Shown piece by piece: positions 47,181-56,310 of a stretch of 64,000 nt of DNA. Below the pieces are notes generated by a model. That model did no database searches and was not told the origin of the DNA. It saw nothing but the letters and a program-made list of their open reading frames with translations. The stretch lies in IMG/VR virus record IMGVR_UViG_3300029798_000001. One strand, 5' to 3'. Both the position numbers and the translations under genes were made by a program. Every line of letters begins with the position of its first letter. Positions within the stretch are counted from its first letter, which is position 1. The stretch is from a virus. Taxonomy: Duplodnaviria > Caudoviricetes.

Positions 47181-47678
47181 ATGACATACCCAGCAATTCA
47201 AAAAAAGTATATGAGCACAAAAGAATATAAAGATGCCTTTCCTGTGGCATATCGCCAATGGCGAGATGATGGCAAATGTTCTATCGTTCACGGCTATGCG
47301 TTAACCGTTCGATTCTTTTTTGAATCGGATGAGTTAGATGTCCGGAACTGGGTTCAAGATTACGGCGGACTTCGCCCACTTAAAGAGCAATTAGAAGAAT
47401 GGTTTGATCATCGTTTATTAGTAGCCATTGACGACCCTCATAAAGATTTATTAGTAGCATTACACGATGCCGGTATTGCTAAGATTACAGAAGTAGAAAA
47501 GACCGGATGCGAAGGTATTGCTGACTTCTTATACGAATATGTAAACACTATCTTCTTACCAAGTTATGGTAAAGCAGAAGCAGAGCGTATTTGGTGTTGT
47601 CGAGTAGAGGTTCGTGAAACACAAAGCAATATGGCAATGCGGCAAGGGCATCGAGAGTGGAATGAATTCACAGATTAA
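47181..47678 (+). CDS. queD: 6-carboxy-5,6,7,8-tetrahydropterin synthase
   Basis: CSIVHGY, WVQDYGGL, FDHRLL, GCEGIA and VRETQSN. Confidence 0.85.
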   Translation: MTYPAIQKKYMSTKEYKDAFPVAYRQWRDDGKCSIVHGYALTVRFFFESDELDVRNWVQDYGGLRPLKEQLEEWFDHRLLVAIDDPHKDLLVALHDAGIAKITEVEKTGCEGIADFLYEYVNTIFLPSYGKAEAERIWCCRVEVRETQSNMAMRQGHREWNEFTD

Positions 47679-47687
47679 GAAAAATAT

Positions 47688-47912
47688 ATGAACGAGAAGA
47701 TTAATGGACTTTGGGACAAGGCTGTTACCTTGGTTGAACAAGAACCAGATGGGGATTGGTCGTTAGATACAATTAAAGACAAGTTCGCCGAGTTGATTGT
47801 TAAAGAATGTATTGGTATTTTAGAACCGAAAAGTAGATATATGGGCGAAGGTCCCGAAGTATTAAAAGATAAGATTAGACAGATTAACCGACATTTCGGA
47901 GTTGAAGAATGA
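47688..47912 (+). CDS. Hypothetical protein
   Basis: 74-aa ORF between queD and the queD remnant. Confidence 0.55.
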   Translation: MNEKINGLWDKAVTLVEQEPDGDWSLDTIKDKFAELIVKECIGILEPKSRYMGEGPEVLKDKIRQINRHFGVEE

Positions 47913-48007
47913 AGATATGGTGCTACTGTGTTGAAGTTCGTGAAACACAAAGCAATATGGCATTTCGTGAAAGCCACAGAGAGTGGTGCGAAGATTTATT
48001 TGCTTAA
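47909..48007 (+). pseudogene. Orphaned 3' end of a second queD allele
   Basis: KIWCYCVEVRETQSNMAFRESHREW versus queD RIWCCRVEVRETQSNMAMRQGHREW; 27-nt identity between 47610-47636 and 47936-47962. Confidence 0.85.
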
Positions 48008-48034
48008 TAAACGGCGCATATAAATATTCGCACT

Positions 48035-48853
48035 ATGTCAAATGAATACAAAATAGCAGTTATACTACCTACACGGGGCCGCACTGCGGCATTAACACAC
48101 AGTCTCGTCGGACTATTAGAAAAAGCCGCGGATCTGGACCAGATACAGGTATTGTTAGGCTTGGACACGGACGATACAGTAGGCATTAAACATTTCCAAG
48201 AATCATTACAACCCCAGTTAGATGATATGGGCGTGGCCTATACCGCCATGACATTCGAACCCATGGGCTACAGTCGTCTTAACGAATACATCAATACCCT
48301 GAGTAAAGAGTCTAGTGCAGATTGGATCTTTTTTTGGAACGATGATGCCTTGATGGAGAGTGACAATTGGGATTTAGAAATTGTTAAACGCACCGGTGAA
48401 TTTAAATTACTAGCAGTTCACACCCATAACGACCATCCTTATAGTATATTTCCAATCGTTCCAAGAGAATGGTTAGATGTCGTCGGCCATTTAAGTTTAC
48501 ACAGTATGACTGATGCTTGGCTAAGTCAAATTGCTTTCATGATAGATATTTGGGAACGTATCGATGTGCATGTTGTCCATGATCGGGCCGACCTTACTGG
48601 TAATAATTTAGATGCTACTTATAAACAAAGAGAACTACTAGAAGGCAATCCTAGTAATCCTAGAGATTTTCATAATCCTAGCATGACTGTATTGCGTATG
48701 CAAGAATGTGAAAAATTATCAATTTATATGAAATCGATAGGATTAGATACTACCTGGTGGAAAAATGTTAAACTTAGCAAACAAGACCCTTGGGAAAAAT
48801 TAAACCTTAACGATCCAAATGGCCAAATGAGACAGTTTCAATTTAAACCCTGA
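48035..48853 (+). CDS. GT2-family glycosyltransferase
   Basis: VILPTRGR, LDTDD and FFWNDD; TATAAATA at 48019. Confidence 0.8.
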   Translation: MSNEYKIAVILPTRGRTAALTHSLVGLLEKAADLDQIQVLLGLDTDDTVGIKHFQESLQPQLDDMGVAYTAMTFEPMGYSRLNEYINTLSKESSADWIFFWNDDALMESDNWDLEIVKRTGEFKLLAVHTHNDHPYSIFPIVPREWLDVVGHLSLHSMTDAWLSQIAFMIDIWERIDVHVVHDRADLTGNNLDATYKQRELLEGNPSNPRDFHNPSMTVLRMQECEKLSIYMKSIGLDTTWWKNVKLSKQDPWEKLNLNDPNGQMRQFQFKP

Positions 48854-49566
48854 TGAAATACCAAGTCACCACCCGGCATGGTCAAATGATACTGCCCTAC
48901 GCTAATGATTACATTGCACAACAATTAATTAGTAATGGCGAGTATGAATGGTATGTAGTAGATATTATTAAACAGCTTAGTCAAGGACATGCCACAGGAA
49001 TCATATTAGATATTGGGGCAAATATTGGAACAATGTGTTTGCCGTTAGCAAGAGATTTTCCTAATTATCAAATACATGCATTTGAAATACAGCCAAGATT
49101 GCTCAAAACTATAAAAGAAAATATCCAGCTCAATGGATTAACTAATATTGTATTATACGAACACGGGCTTGGAAATATAGTTGATATTATATCCATCAGA
49201 CAACCGGTTTATGATTCTGCTACCAATATCGGAGCACTCAGTTTAAATCCATTGGTGTGGGAACATAGTGATATTAGTGTTGGGCACGGTGATGCTATTG
49301 ACATTAATGTCGTTCCTCTTGATTCTATAAAGTTTGATATTCCTATTAGATGTATAAAATTAGATGTCGAAGGATATGAACGATTGGTGATTGAGGGTGC
49401 TGTTGAAACTCTTAAACAACATAACTACCCGCCAATAGTTTACGAACTATGGGGATACAATGCTTGGTGGAAAGAGGAAGCTAAAAAATTAAAAGACCTA
49501 TTGATTCAGTTAGGATATACTGATTTTAAACAAATCGATGATACCGGAATTGCTATACACCCATGA
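48853..49566 (+). CDS. FkbM-family methyltransferase
   Basis: LDIGANIG, AFE and IKLDVEGYE. Confidence 0.85.
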   Translation: MKYQVTTRHGQMILPYANDYIAQQLISNGEYEWYVVDIIKQLSQGHATGIILDIGANIGTMCLPLARDFPNYQIHAFEIQPRLLKTIKENIQLNGLTNIVLYEHGLGNIVDIISIRQPVYDSATNIGALSLNPLVWEHSDISVGHGDAIDINVVPLDSIKFDIPIRCIKLDVEGYERLVIEGAVETLKQHNYPPIVYELWGYNAWWKEEAKKLKDLLIQLGYTDFKQIDDTGIAIHP

Positions 49567-50288
49567 AAAATTATCTTGTAAAAAGTCTTTTTAAAATTAA
49601 AGATCCTGATTGGAAAATATTAGATCGAAGTTACGAAAAAAATATGTATGAAAACTACATAGAGATGCATCGTCTTAGTGTTGCCAGTTATAAAAAATAT
49701 TTAAAAGGCGACTGGGAATTAAAATTTATAACTGGTAATTGTGATCATATTAATCAGGCTTTTGAAAATACTTTCTGGGCTATACATGATTTGTGGCACA
49801 AAGAACCATGTAATATTCTGTATACCGACCCAGATACAGTAGCCATCAAGGATGTTGATCTGTGGGATCAATACGACCGTTTTATGATGTTTAATCATAC
49901 AGATCCAAAGTCATTGACTACTAATAACATATACAATAAACAGTTTGATAATTTTTTCAATGCTGGTGTACGATATTTTCCATCTACAATGACCGCAGAT
50001 ACTTGGAAATTAGGGACAGCGATTGCAAAAAACTGGGATTATACAACCTACAATACTGAACAAATTATCCTAAATGACATGTTATGGAATCAAGGTATCG
50101 GCCTAAAAGAAATTATAGACCCAACTATGGCTTATCAGGTTTTAACTTTAGACGAAGCGCAAAGTGATATATGGAATAACAGTAAGTTGAGCCAGGCAAA
50201 AATTCTACATTTTCATAGCAGCAGAGATTCGTTTTCCCGGCGAGAAATTATGAAACAAATTTCTCAAGCCCACGGAACAATTTGTTGA
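49563..50288 (+). CDS. Nucleotide-diphospho-sugar transferase-like protein
   Basis: LYTDPD (DxD), FNAGV, EQIILN and ILHF. Confidence 0.65.
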   Translation: MKNYLVKSLFKIKDPDWKILDRSYEKNMYENYIEMHRLSVASYKKYLKGDWELKFITGNCDHINQAFENTFWAIHDLWHKEPCNILYTDPDTVAIKDVDLWDQYDRFMMFNHTDPKSLTTNNIYNKQFDNFFNAGVRYFPSTMTADTWKLGTAIAKNWDYTTYNTEQIILNDMLWNQGIGLKEIIDPTMAYQVLTLDEAQSDIWNNSKLSQAKILHFHSSRDSFSRREIMKQISQAHGTIC

Positions 50289-50313
50289 CTTTATCTTAAT
50301 ATTGCGTTATAAT
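50285..50313 (+). promoter_or_regulatory. sigma70 promoter
   Basis: TTGACT-17-TATAAT. Confidence 0.8.
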
Positions 50314-50319
50314 AGTAAC

Positions 50320-50868
50320 ATGAAAAAAGTATATTACTCCTGGCAAGATGTTGAGAATCAGACTCAAGAGATCCTACGTCAGCTACAGCGTGATGCTTGG
50401 GTTCCTGATTATGTAGTCGGACTCACCCGGGGCGGATTGGTTCCGGCTAACCTAATTAGTCAGTACTTAGAATGCCCAATGGAAACTCTTAAAGTAAGCC
50501 TACGAGATGATAATAGCTCTCCCGAAAGTAACTTATGGATGGCCGAAGAAGCATTTGGGTATGTTCCAAAAGATGAACAGATATTATCTGAATTTGATTA
50601 TGCTATTACAGCCAAAAAAATCCTCATTATTGATGACATCAATGATAGCGGTGCCACATTAAATTGGATCAAGCAAGATTGGATGAGTGGGTGCTTGCCA
50701 GGGCATGAGCGTTGGAAAGGTGTTTGGGGTAATAATGTCCGTGTCGCCACCTTAGTAGATAACGAAGCAAGTGCTAGTGAATTAAATGTTAGTTATTCAG
50801 CCGTCGGCCTAAATAAGGCTGAAGAAGATTCGTGGATTGTTTTTCCTTGGGAAGATTGGTGGAAGTGA
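50320..50868 (+). CDS. Type I phosphoribosyltransferase (Gpt/Hpt-like)
   Basis: VVGLTRGGLVP, PRPP loop ILIIDDINDSGAT and WIVFPWE. Confidence 0.85.
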   Translation: MKKVYYSWQDVENQTQEILRQLQRDAWVPDYVVGLTRGGLVPANLISQYLECPMETLKVSLRDDNSSPESNLWMAEEAFGYVPKDEQILSEFDYAITAKKILIIDDINDSGATLNWIKQDWMSGCLPGHERWKGVWGNNVRVATLVDNEASASELNVSYSAVGLNKAEEDSWIVFPWEDWWK

Positions 50869-51296
50869 GATTACTAGCTAAAATTATATTGATTTTTTTA
50901 TTTGGTCTAAATACATCCTGGGCCGACACCTGGATTAGCATTGGCGGTGGCACTTATCATACTTGTGAAACTTGTGGGTATAACGGTGTTAATCCGGGAT
51001 TAGGAATACAAACCGACTATTCAAAAGACTTGCGTTTTGTGGCAGGTGGATATTATAATAGCTACTATAAAGCTAGTTTTTATGGTGGCGGTGCTTGGCA
51101 ACCAATACAGTACGAAATAATTAAAGTTGGAATAGTTGGCGGTGTAATATCAAACTATAATAATCTACGGGTGCCACTAATGGCATTACCCGTTATTAGT
51201 ATAGAAGGTGAGCTACTAGGTATTGACATTATGGGTATTCCGACAATAACAAACCATTCTGGTATTATAACTGCAAATTTAAAATTTAAATTATGA
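50865..51296 (+). CDS. Small outer-membrane beta-barrel (PagP-like)
   Basis: Signal peptide, NPGLG and GYYNSY strands, terminal FKL; GTG start. Confidence 0.45.
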   Translation: MRLLAKIILIFLFGLNTSWADTWISIGGGTYHTCETCGYNGVNPGLGIQTDYSKDLRFVAGGYYNSYYKASFYGGGAWQPIQYEIIKVGIVGGVISNYNNLRVPLMALPVISIEGELLGIDIMGIPTITNHSGIITANLKFKL

Positions 51297-52153
51297 AAAT
51301 TAAAGTAAGCGAATTATTTTATAGTCTACAAGGCGAGGGTCGCTTTGTTGGAGTGCCTAGTGTATTCTTACGCACTTATGGTTGCAATTTTACCTGCTCC
51401 GGATTCGGTTGCAAGCCCGGCGAAAAATCTACAGGCGCAGACGATGTAGCTGAAGTGGTTCATATGTATAATAACTTCTTAGAGTTGCCACTGGTTGAAA
51501 CCGGCTGTGATAGCTACGCATCTTGGCATCCAGCATTCAAGCATCTGAGCCCTACATACGAAACAGCAGATCTAGTAGAAAAGATGCTAGAACTAACTCC
51601 TAACAATATGTGGGCCCAGAATAATGGCAATGATGTACATTTGGTAATTACAGGTGGTGAACCTTTGCTAGGGTGGCAACGTGCCTATGCAGAATTATTA
51701 AGTCATCCACGTATGGCAGATTTAAAGAATATTACATTTGAAACAAATGGTACTCAAGAATTACACGCAGACTTTAAACTGTATTTGATTAAATGGGCTC
51801 AAGAGGTTCCGGGTCGCGAAGTTACATTTAGTGTTAGTGCCAAATTAAGTGCGTCGGGAGAAACTTGGGCGGATGCAATTAAGCCAGAGATTGTGAAGAG
51901 CTATCAATTATATGGACACACCTATCTTAAGTTTGTTGTTGAAACCGAAGAACATGTGGATGAAGCTGTTCGTGCTGTGGATGCGTTTCGCAAAGGTGGG
52001 TTTACTGGTGTAGTTTATTTGATGCCGCAAGGCGGTGTCGTTAAACCGTATGAAAGTAATAAACTAAACATTGCCAACATCTGCGTTGAGCGTGGGTGGA
52101 ACTATAGTCCACGTCTACACGTTGACCTTTGGGGCAACGGATGGGGCAAGTAA
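51293..52153 (+). CDS. queE: 7-carboxy-7-deazaguanine synthase (radical SAM)
   Basis: FYSLQGEG..VG.PSVFLR..GCNFTC...CD, ITGGEPL, ETNGT and SPRLH. Confidence 0.9.
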   Translation: MKIKVSELFYSLQGEGRFVGVPSVFLRTYGCNFTCSGFGCKPGEKSTGADDVAEVVHMYNNFLELPLVETGCDSYASWHPAFKHLSPTYETADLVEKMLELTPNNMWAQNNGNDVHLVITGGEPLLGWQRAYAELLSHPRMADLKNITFETNGTQELHADFKLYLIKWAQEVPGREVTFSVSAKLSASGETWADAIKPEIVKSYQLYGHTYLKFVVETEEHVDEAVRAVDAFRKGGFTGVVYLMPQGGVVKPYESNKLNIANICVERGWNYSPRLHVDLWGNGWGK

Positions 52154-52443
52154 AAGTAAGGTACGGAATGTTCCCACAAGGATTATACAATATAAATCAT
52201 ATGCCAATGCCCATGGAAATTTACATGCCAACTGACTACGATGACAAACGATTTCTAAGTCAAAATGATATAGAACTTGTCTGGTGCTTGTGGCCAAGGC
52301 GTTGTCAGGTTAGTCGCAAATGGATGTGGCTAACATTAGCTTACCGTGCCAGGTATGTTATAACTGGACCAGGGGATCCTGCTATATGGACACGGTGGTA
52401 CAGCAACACAGAAATGTTAATATTAAAATTAAAAGGGTATTAA
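52129..52443 (+). CDS. Hypothetical protein (start uncertain)
   Basis: ORF filling the queE-nadE gap. Confidence 0.5.
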   Translation: MGQRMGQVKVRYGMFPQGLYNINHMPMPMEIYMPTDYDDKRFLSQNDIELVWCLWPRRCQVSRKWMWLTLAYRARYVITGPGDPAIWTRWYSNTEMLILKLKGY

Positions 52444-53232
52444 ATGACTACATTCACAACAGAAGATAGATTATCAGCAACTAATCTACTACAAGATCGC
52501 ATTACCGACTGGATCAAAAACTATGCTCAACAGGCTGGTATGAAGTCATTAGTGATAGGTATCAGTGGTGGCATTGATAGTGCTGTAGTTAGTGCCTTAT
52601 GTGCTCGCACTGGATTGAATACGGTTGCTGTGTCTATGCCCATTCGCCAGCGTCCGGATCTACACGATTTAAGTATGCGTCAAGGTGCTTGGCTAGCCAA
52701 CAACTTTGATAATGTTCGTCACGAAATTATTGATTTAACTACAACCTTCGATGAGTTTGAACGTCGTCTTGCTACCTATCCTAACGAACTAGGACTAGCA
52801 AACAGTCGTAGTCGCTTGCGTATGGTTACGCTGTATCAAATTGCACAGAGCGTACAAGGAATCGTAGTAGGCACAGGCAACAAAGTAGAAGATTTTGGTG
52901 TAGGATTCTATACCAAGTATGGCGATGGTGGTGTAGACATTAGTCCTATTGCTGACTGTTACAAAACTGAAGTATGGCAAATGGGCCGTGAGCTTGGTGT
53001 ACTCGAAGACATCATCAATGCGGCTCCTACAGATGGACTTTGGGATGATGGTCGCACTGACGAAGATCAACTAGGTGGACTTAGCTACGCTGATTTAGAA
53101 ATGGCAATGCAAGTAGACGAGGCTGGTATGACCATATATGATCCAGCAATACAGGATATTGTAGAGAAATATCGTGCGATCCGTAGTCGCAGTCTACACA
53201 AGATGAATCCAATTCCGATATTTAAGAAGTAG
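52444..53232 (+). CDS. nadE: NH3-dependent NAD+ synthetase
   Basis: ISGGIDS, RSRLRM, GTGNKVE, FYTKYGDGGVD and PTDGL. Confidence 0.9.
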   Translation: MTTFTTEDRLSATNLLQDRITDWIKNYAQQAGMKSLVIGISGGIDSAVVSALCARTGLNTVAVSMPIRQRPDLHDLSMRQGAWLANNFDNVRHEIIDLTTTFDEFERRLATYPNELGLANSRSRLRMVTLYQIAQSVQGIVVGTGNKVEDFGVGFYTKYGDGGVDISPIADCYKTEVWQMGRELGVLEDIINAAPTDGLWDDGRTDEDQLGGLSYADLEMAMQVDEAGMTIYDPAIQDIVEKYRAIRSRSLHKMNPIPIFKK

Positions 53233-53304
53233 AAATTTTGGTCTGGTATCAAAACTACGATAAATTATAGTCTGTAGTATTCAAATATCATATCAAGGAC
53301 AAAA

Positions 53305-54549
53305 ATGAAACGATGCAAGGTGGGGTTTGTAGGAATTGGAAAATTAGGGCTCGATTGTGCCGAAGTATTTGCTGAAAAACACGAAGTTCGCGGTTACGAT
53401 ATATATCCACGCACTAGTGACACTGTAACAGTATGTAGTATCGAGGAAGTAGTCAACGAAAGCGAATGGATTTTTATCGCTGTTCCTACTCCGCATGCTG
53501 AAGGCTACGATGGATCTGTTCCGTCAAGTCACATGACTCCAAAAGACTTTGGGCATGATGCTGTTATTGATTCTATTAATAATATAAACAAGTATGCTAC
53601 AACTCCTAAAAAAGTTGTATTGATTAGTACAGTATTACCAGGCACTACTCGCAAGAAGTTTGTACCACTACTAGATCCCAAACATCAGTTTGTTTACAAT
53701 CCGTATTTGATTGCCATGGGGTCGGTTAAGTGGGATATGGTTAATCCTGAAATGATTATGTTGGGCACAGAGGATGGTAGTTTAACTGGGGTTGCTGGTG
53801 AACTCAAAGAACTGTATGAAACCATCATGCAAAATAACCCACGCTACGAAGTTGGCACATGGGACGAGTGTGAAGCTATTAAGATTTTCTACAACACATT
53901 TATTAGTGCCAAGGTTGGCCTAGTTAATATGGTACAAGACTTTGCTATGAAGATTGGTAATATCAATGTTGATGTGGTTACAGATGCCTTGGCTAAAAGT
54001 ACAATGCGTATCATGGGGCCCAAGTATATGACAGCGGGCATGGGTGATGCTGGCGCTTGTCATCCTCGTGATAACATTGCCCTGCGTTGGTTAGCTGAAG
54101 AATACGACATCGGCTATGACTTGTTTGACACAGTCATGCATGCCAGAGAAATACAGGCAAGAAACTTAGCTGAATTTTTAGTTATACAAGCTACCAAATC
54201 CAATTTGCCTATTGTAATTCACGGTAAAGCCTATAAACCAGATGTTGAATATTGTATTGGTAGTTACAGTACTCTTGTTGGGTTCTATGTTAAAGAATGT
54301 GGATTTGCTGTAAGTTATGTTGATCCGCTTGCTGACAATCAAGATGAGGTAGTTGCCACAGTAGATACCCCGGCAGTATTTTTATGGGCACATAATCGTA
54401 AGATCACTTACGAGTATACTGGCGACCAATTAGATACCCAACCATATTGTCCAATTTTGCCAGGATCGATTATTGTTGATCCATGGCGCAAATTACCCAT
54501 TGACATGCCGGGTATTAATGTAGTACACTATGGTAATACACGACAATAG
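53305..54549 (+). CDS. UDP-glucose/GDP-mannose dehydrogenase family
   Basis: GIGKLG, IAVPTP, IKIFYNTF, GAC and AYKPD. Confidence 0.85.
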   Translation: MKRCKVGFVGIGKLGLDCAEVFAEKHEVRGYDIYPRTSDTVTVCSIEEVVNESEWIFIAVPTPHAEGYDGSVPSSHMTPKDFGHDAVIDSINNINKYATTPKKVVLISTVLPGTTRKKFVPLLDPKHQFVYNPYLIAMGSVKWDMVNPEMIMLGTEDGSLTGVAGELKELYETIMQNNPRYEVGTWDECEAIKIFYNTFISAKVGLVNMVQDFAMKIGNINVDVVTDALAKSTMRIMGPKYMTAGMGDAGACHPRDNIALRWLAEEYDIGYDLFDTVMHAREIQARNLAEFLVIQATKSNLPIVIHGKAYKPDVEYCIGSYSTLVGFYVKECGFAVSYVDPLADNQDEVVATVDTPAVFLWAHNRKITYEYTGDQLDTQPYCPILPGSIIVDPWRKLPIDMPGINVVHYGNTRQ

Positions 54550-54557
54550 GAAACCCC

Positions 54558-54947
54558 ATGGGAATATTTGACATATTTAAAAAGAAAAAATCAGAAGTTA
54601 AAGCAGAGCCAAAACCAAAAAAAGCTCCTGTAAAAACTGAAAAAGAGATAGCCACAGAAAAAGGCGAAGCGTATGTTAATATTCTAAGCATGGATGTTGA
54701 TCCTGAAAATATCAGCGCAGGAGCATTTGAATTAGATTGGAATGAAAAGTTTGTAGCTGATCTAGTTCGCCACGGTTACATGATGGATAAAAACGATACC
54801 GATGCTGATATTGTTGACCGTTGGTTCACTGCTGTATGCCGTAATGTTGTACTTGAAACTTGGGAACAAGAACAAGCAATGAATCCCGAGCGTGATCGCG
54901 TAGTTAAAAGTCGCAACATAGGTGACGGTCTTTCTGAGGTTAGCTAA
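54558..54947 (+). CDS. Hypothetical protein
   Basis: 129-aa ORF with RBS AGGA. Confidence 0.6.
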   Translation: MGIFDIFKKKKSEVKAEPKPKKAPVKTEKEIATEKGEAYVNILSMDVDPENISAGAFELDWNEKFVADLVRHGYMMDKNDTDADIVDRWFTAVCRNVVLETWEQEQAMNPERDRVVKSRNIGDGLSEVS

Positions 54948-55001
54948 TGCGACCGTTGCCAGTTGAGCCGTATCTAAAAGTTTACATGTTAGTCAAGCAA
55001 G

Positions 55002-55109
55002 ATGGAACATATCATAAAAAATAATAAAGAATTTAAATACAAACCCCATTTGTCTATGAATGGTGGCAAAACTGAATGCTTATCAAAGGAAATTAAAAAT
55101 GATTTTTAA
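55002..55109 (+). pseudogene. Possible C-terminal remnant of a T5orf172/MUG113-type nuclease
   Basis: 35-aa ORF ...FKYKP...GGKTECL resembles the family C-terminal G.TE.F motif. Confidence 0.3.
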
Positions 55110-55578
55110 CAAGATTGCTGAATTAAAAAAGCAAGGTAAGAAAATTGGCATTACTTTTAGTACGTTTGATTTAGGGCCACACGCAGGGCACGTGGCTATG
55201 CTTGCCGAAGCAAAGAATCACTGTGATTACTTAATATGCGGCTTGCAAACTGATCCAACTATTGATCGTCCAGATACTAAAAATGCACCTGTGCAAAGTA
55301 TCGTAGAGCGTCAAATTCAATTGGCTGCTTGCCGTTATGTAGACGAGGTAGTAGTGTATCAAACAGAACAAGATTTAATTGACTTACTATTAATCCTCCC
55401 ATTGGATATTCGTGTACTTGGTGTTGAGTACGAAGCCAAAGAGTTTACTGGCAAGCGTGAAGGATATAGTCGTGGTATTGAACATATCTTTAACGGTCGT
55501 GATCACTCATTCTCTAGTTCAGGTCTACGTAGTCGTGTGGTAGAGGCTGAAACTATAAAACTACTCAAGAAACAATGA
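55099..55578 (+). CDS. Cytidylyltransferase (TagD-like)
   Basis: TFDLGPHAGH (HxGH), CRYVDEVV and SSSGLR. Confidence 0.85.
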   Translation: MIFNKIAELKKQGKKIGITFSTFDLGPHAGHVAMLAEAKNHCDYLICGLQTDPTIDRPDTKNAPVQSIVERQIQLAACRYVDEVVVYQTEQDLIDLLLILPLDIRVLGVEYEAKEFTGKREGYSRGIEHIFNGRDHSFSSSGLRSRVVEAETIKLLKKQ

Positions 55579-56279
55579 TTCTATTTGTAAATGGCGACAG
55601 TCATACCGCAGCGGCCGAAGCAGTTAATCCTCATGCCTTTGCCATGGACGATGGTGCTTTATTTTATCTAGGTCGTAGTCCACACCCTGATAATTTATCG
55701 GTTAGTTGGGGGAAATTATTAAGTCTAGCATTACACAGTGGGTTTCATTGTGCCGCAGAAAGTGCCAGCTCAAATGCTAGAATCTTAAGAACTACTCGTG
55801 CTTGGGTAGCAGAACATAAAAATAATCTACAAGATATTTTAATTGTTATACAATGGTCTACTTGGGAACGAGAAGAATGGGAATACAATGGTATTACCTA
55901 TCAAGTTAACGGTAGTGGCATTGACCATATTCCGCAGGAATTGCAAGAGAAATATAAACAATATATTATCGGAATAGACTGGCATCAAAAGACCCAAGAA
56001 GCGCATAATCAAATTTGGGAATTCCACCAAGAACTAATAGTCCAAAATATACCTCATATATTCTTTAATGGTAACAATGATTTTTCATCCATTACAGATC
56101 AAAAGGAATGGGGCAATAACTATATCGGCCCATACGATCCAGCCAGTACATACGATGCTCAAATTCGTAATGCTGGATTTGAAACTGTAGCCCCCAATTC
56201 ATGCCATTTTGGTAAAGATGCCCATGCATGGTGGTTTAAATATATCCTTAATTACATTATCAAACATAAGTTTATTTGA
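55575..56279 (+). CDS. SGNH-hydrolase-like protein
   Basis: NGDSHT, SN..I and a late D..H-like motif. Confidence 0.55.
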   Translation: MILFVNGDSHTAAAEAVNPHAFAMDDGALFYLGRSPHPDNLSVSWGKLLSLALHSGFHCAAESASSNARILRTTRAWVAEHKNNLQDILIVIQWSTWEREEWEYNGITYQVNGSGIDHIPQELQEKYKQYIIGIDWHQKTQEAHNQIWEFHQELIVQNIPHIFFNGNNDFSSITDQKEWGNNYIGPYDPASTYDAQIRNAGFETVAPNSCHFGKDAHAWWFKYILNYIIKHKFI

Positions 56280-56304
56280 CAAAGTCAGTAGAATCTGTTA
56301 TACT
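56276..56304 (+). promoter_or_regulatory. sigma70 promoter
   Basis: TTGACA-17-TATACT. Confidence 0.8.
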
Positions 56305-56310
56305 AGTATT

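Noticed and set aside
47675-47977. 100-aa minus-strand ORF across the queD duplication
   Set aside because: Better explained by the + strand ORF and the queD 3' remnant.
52444-53232. SGGxDS protein near queE as QueC
   Set aside because: It has NadE-specific motifs (RSRLRM, GTGNKVE, TKYGDGGVD, PTDGL) and lacks the QueC C-terminal zinc Cys cluster.
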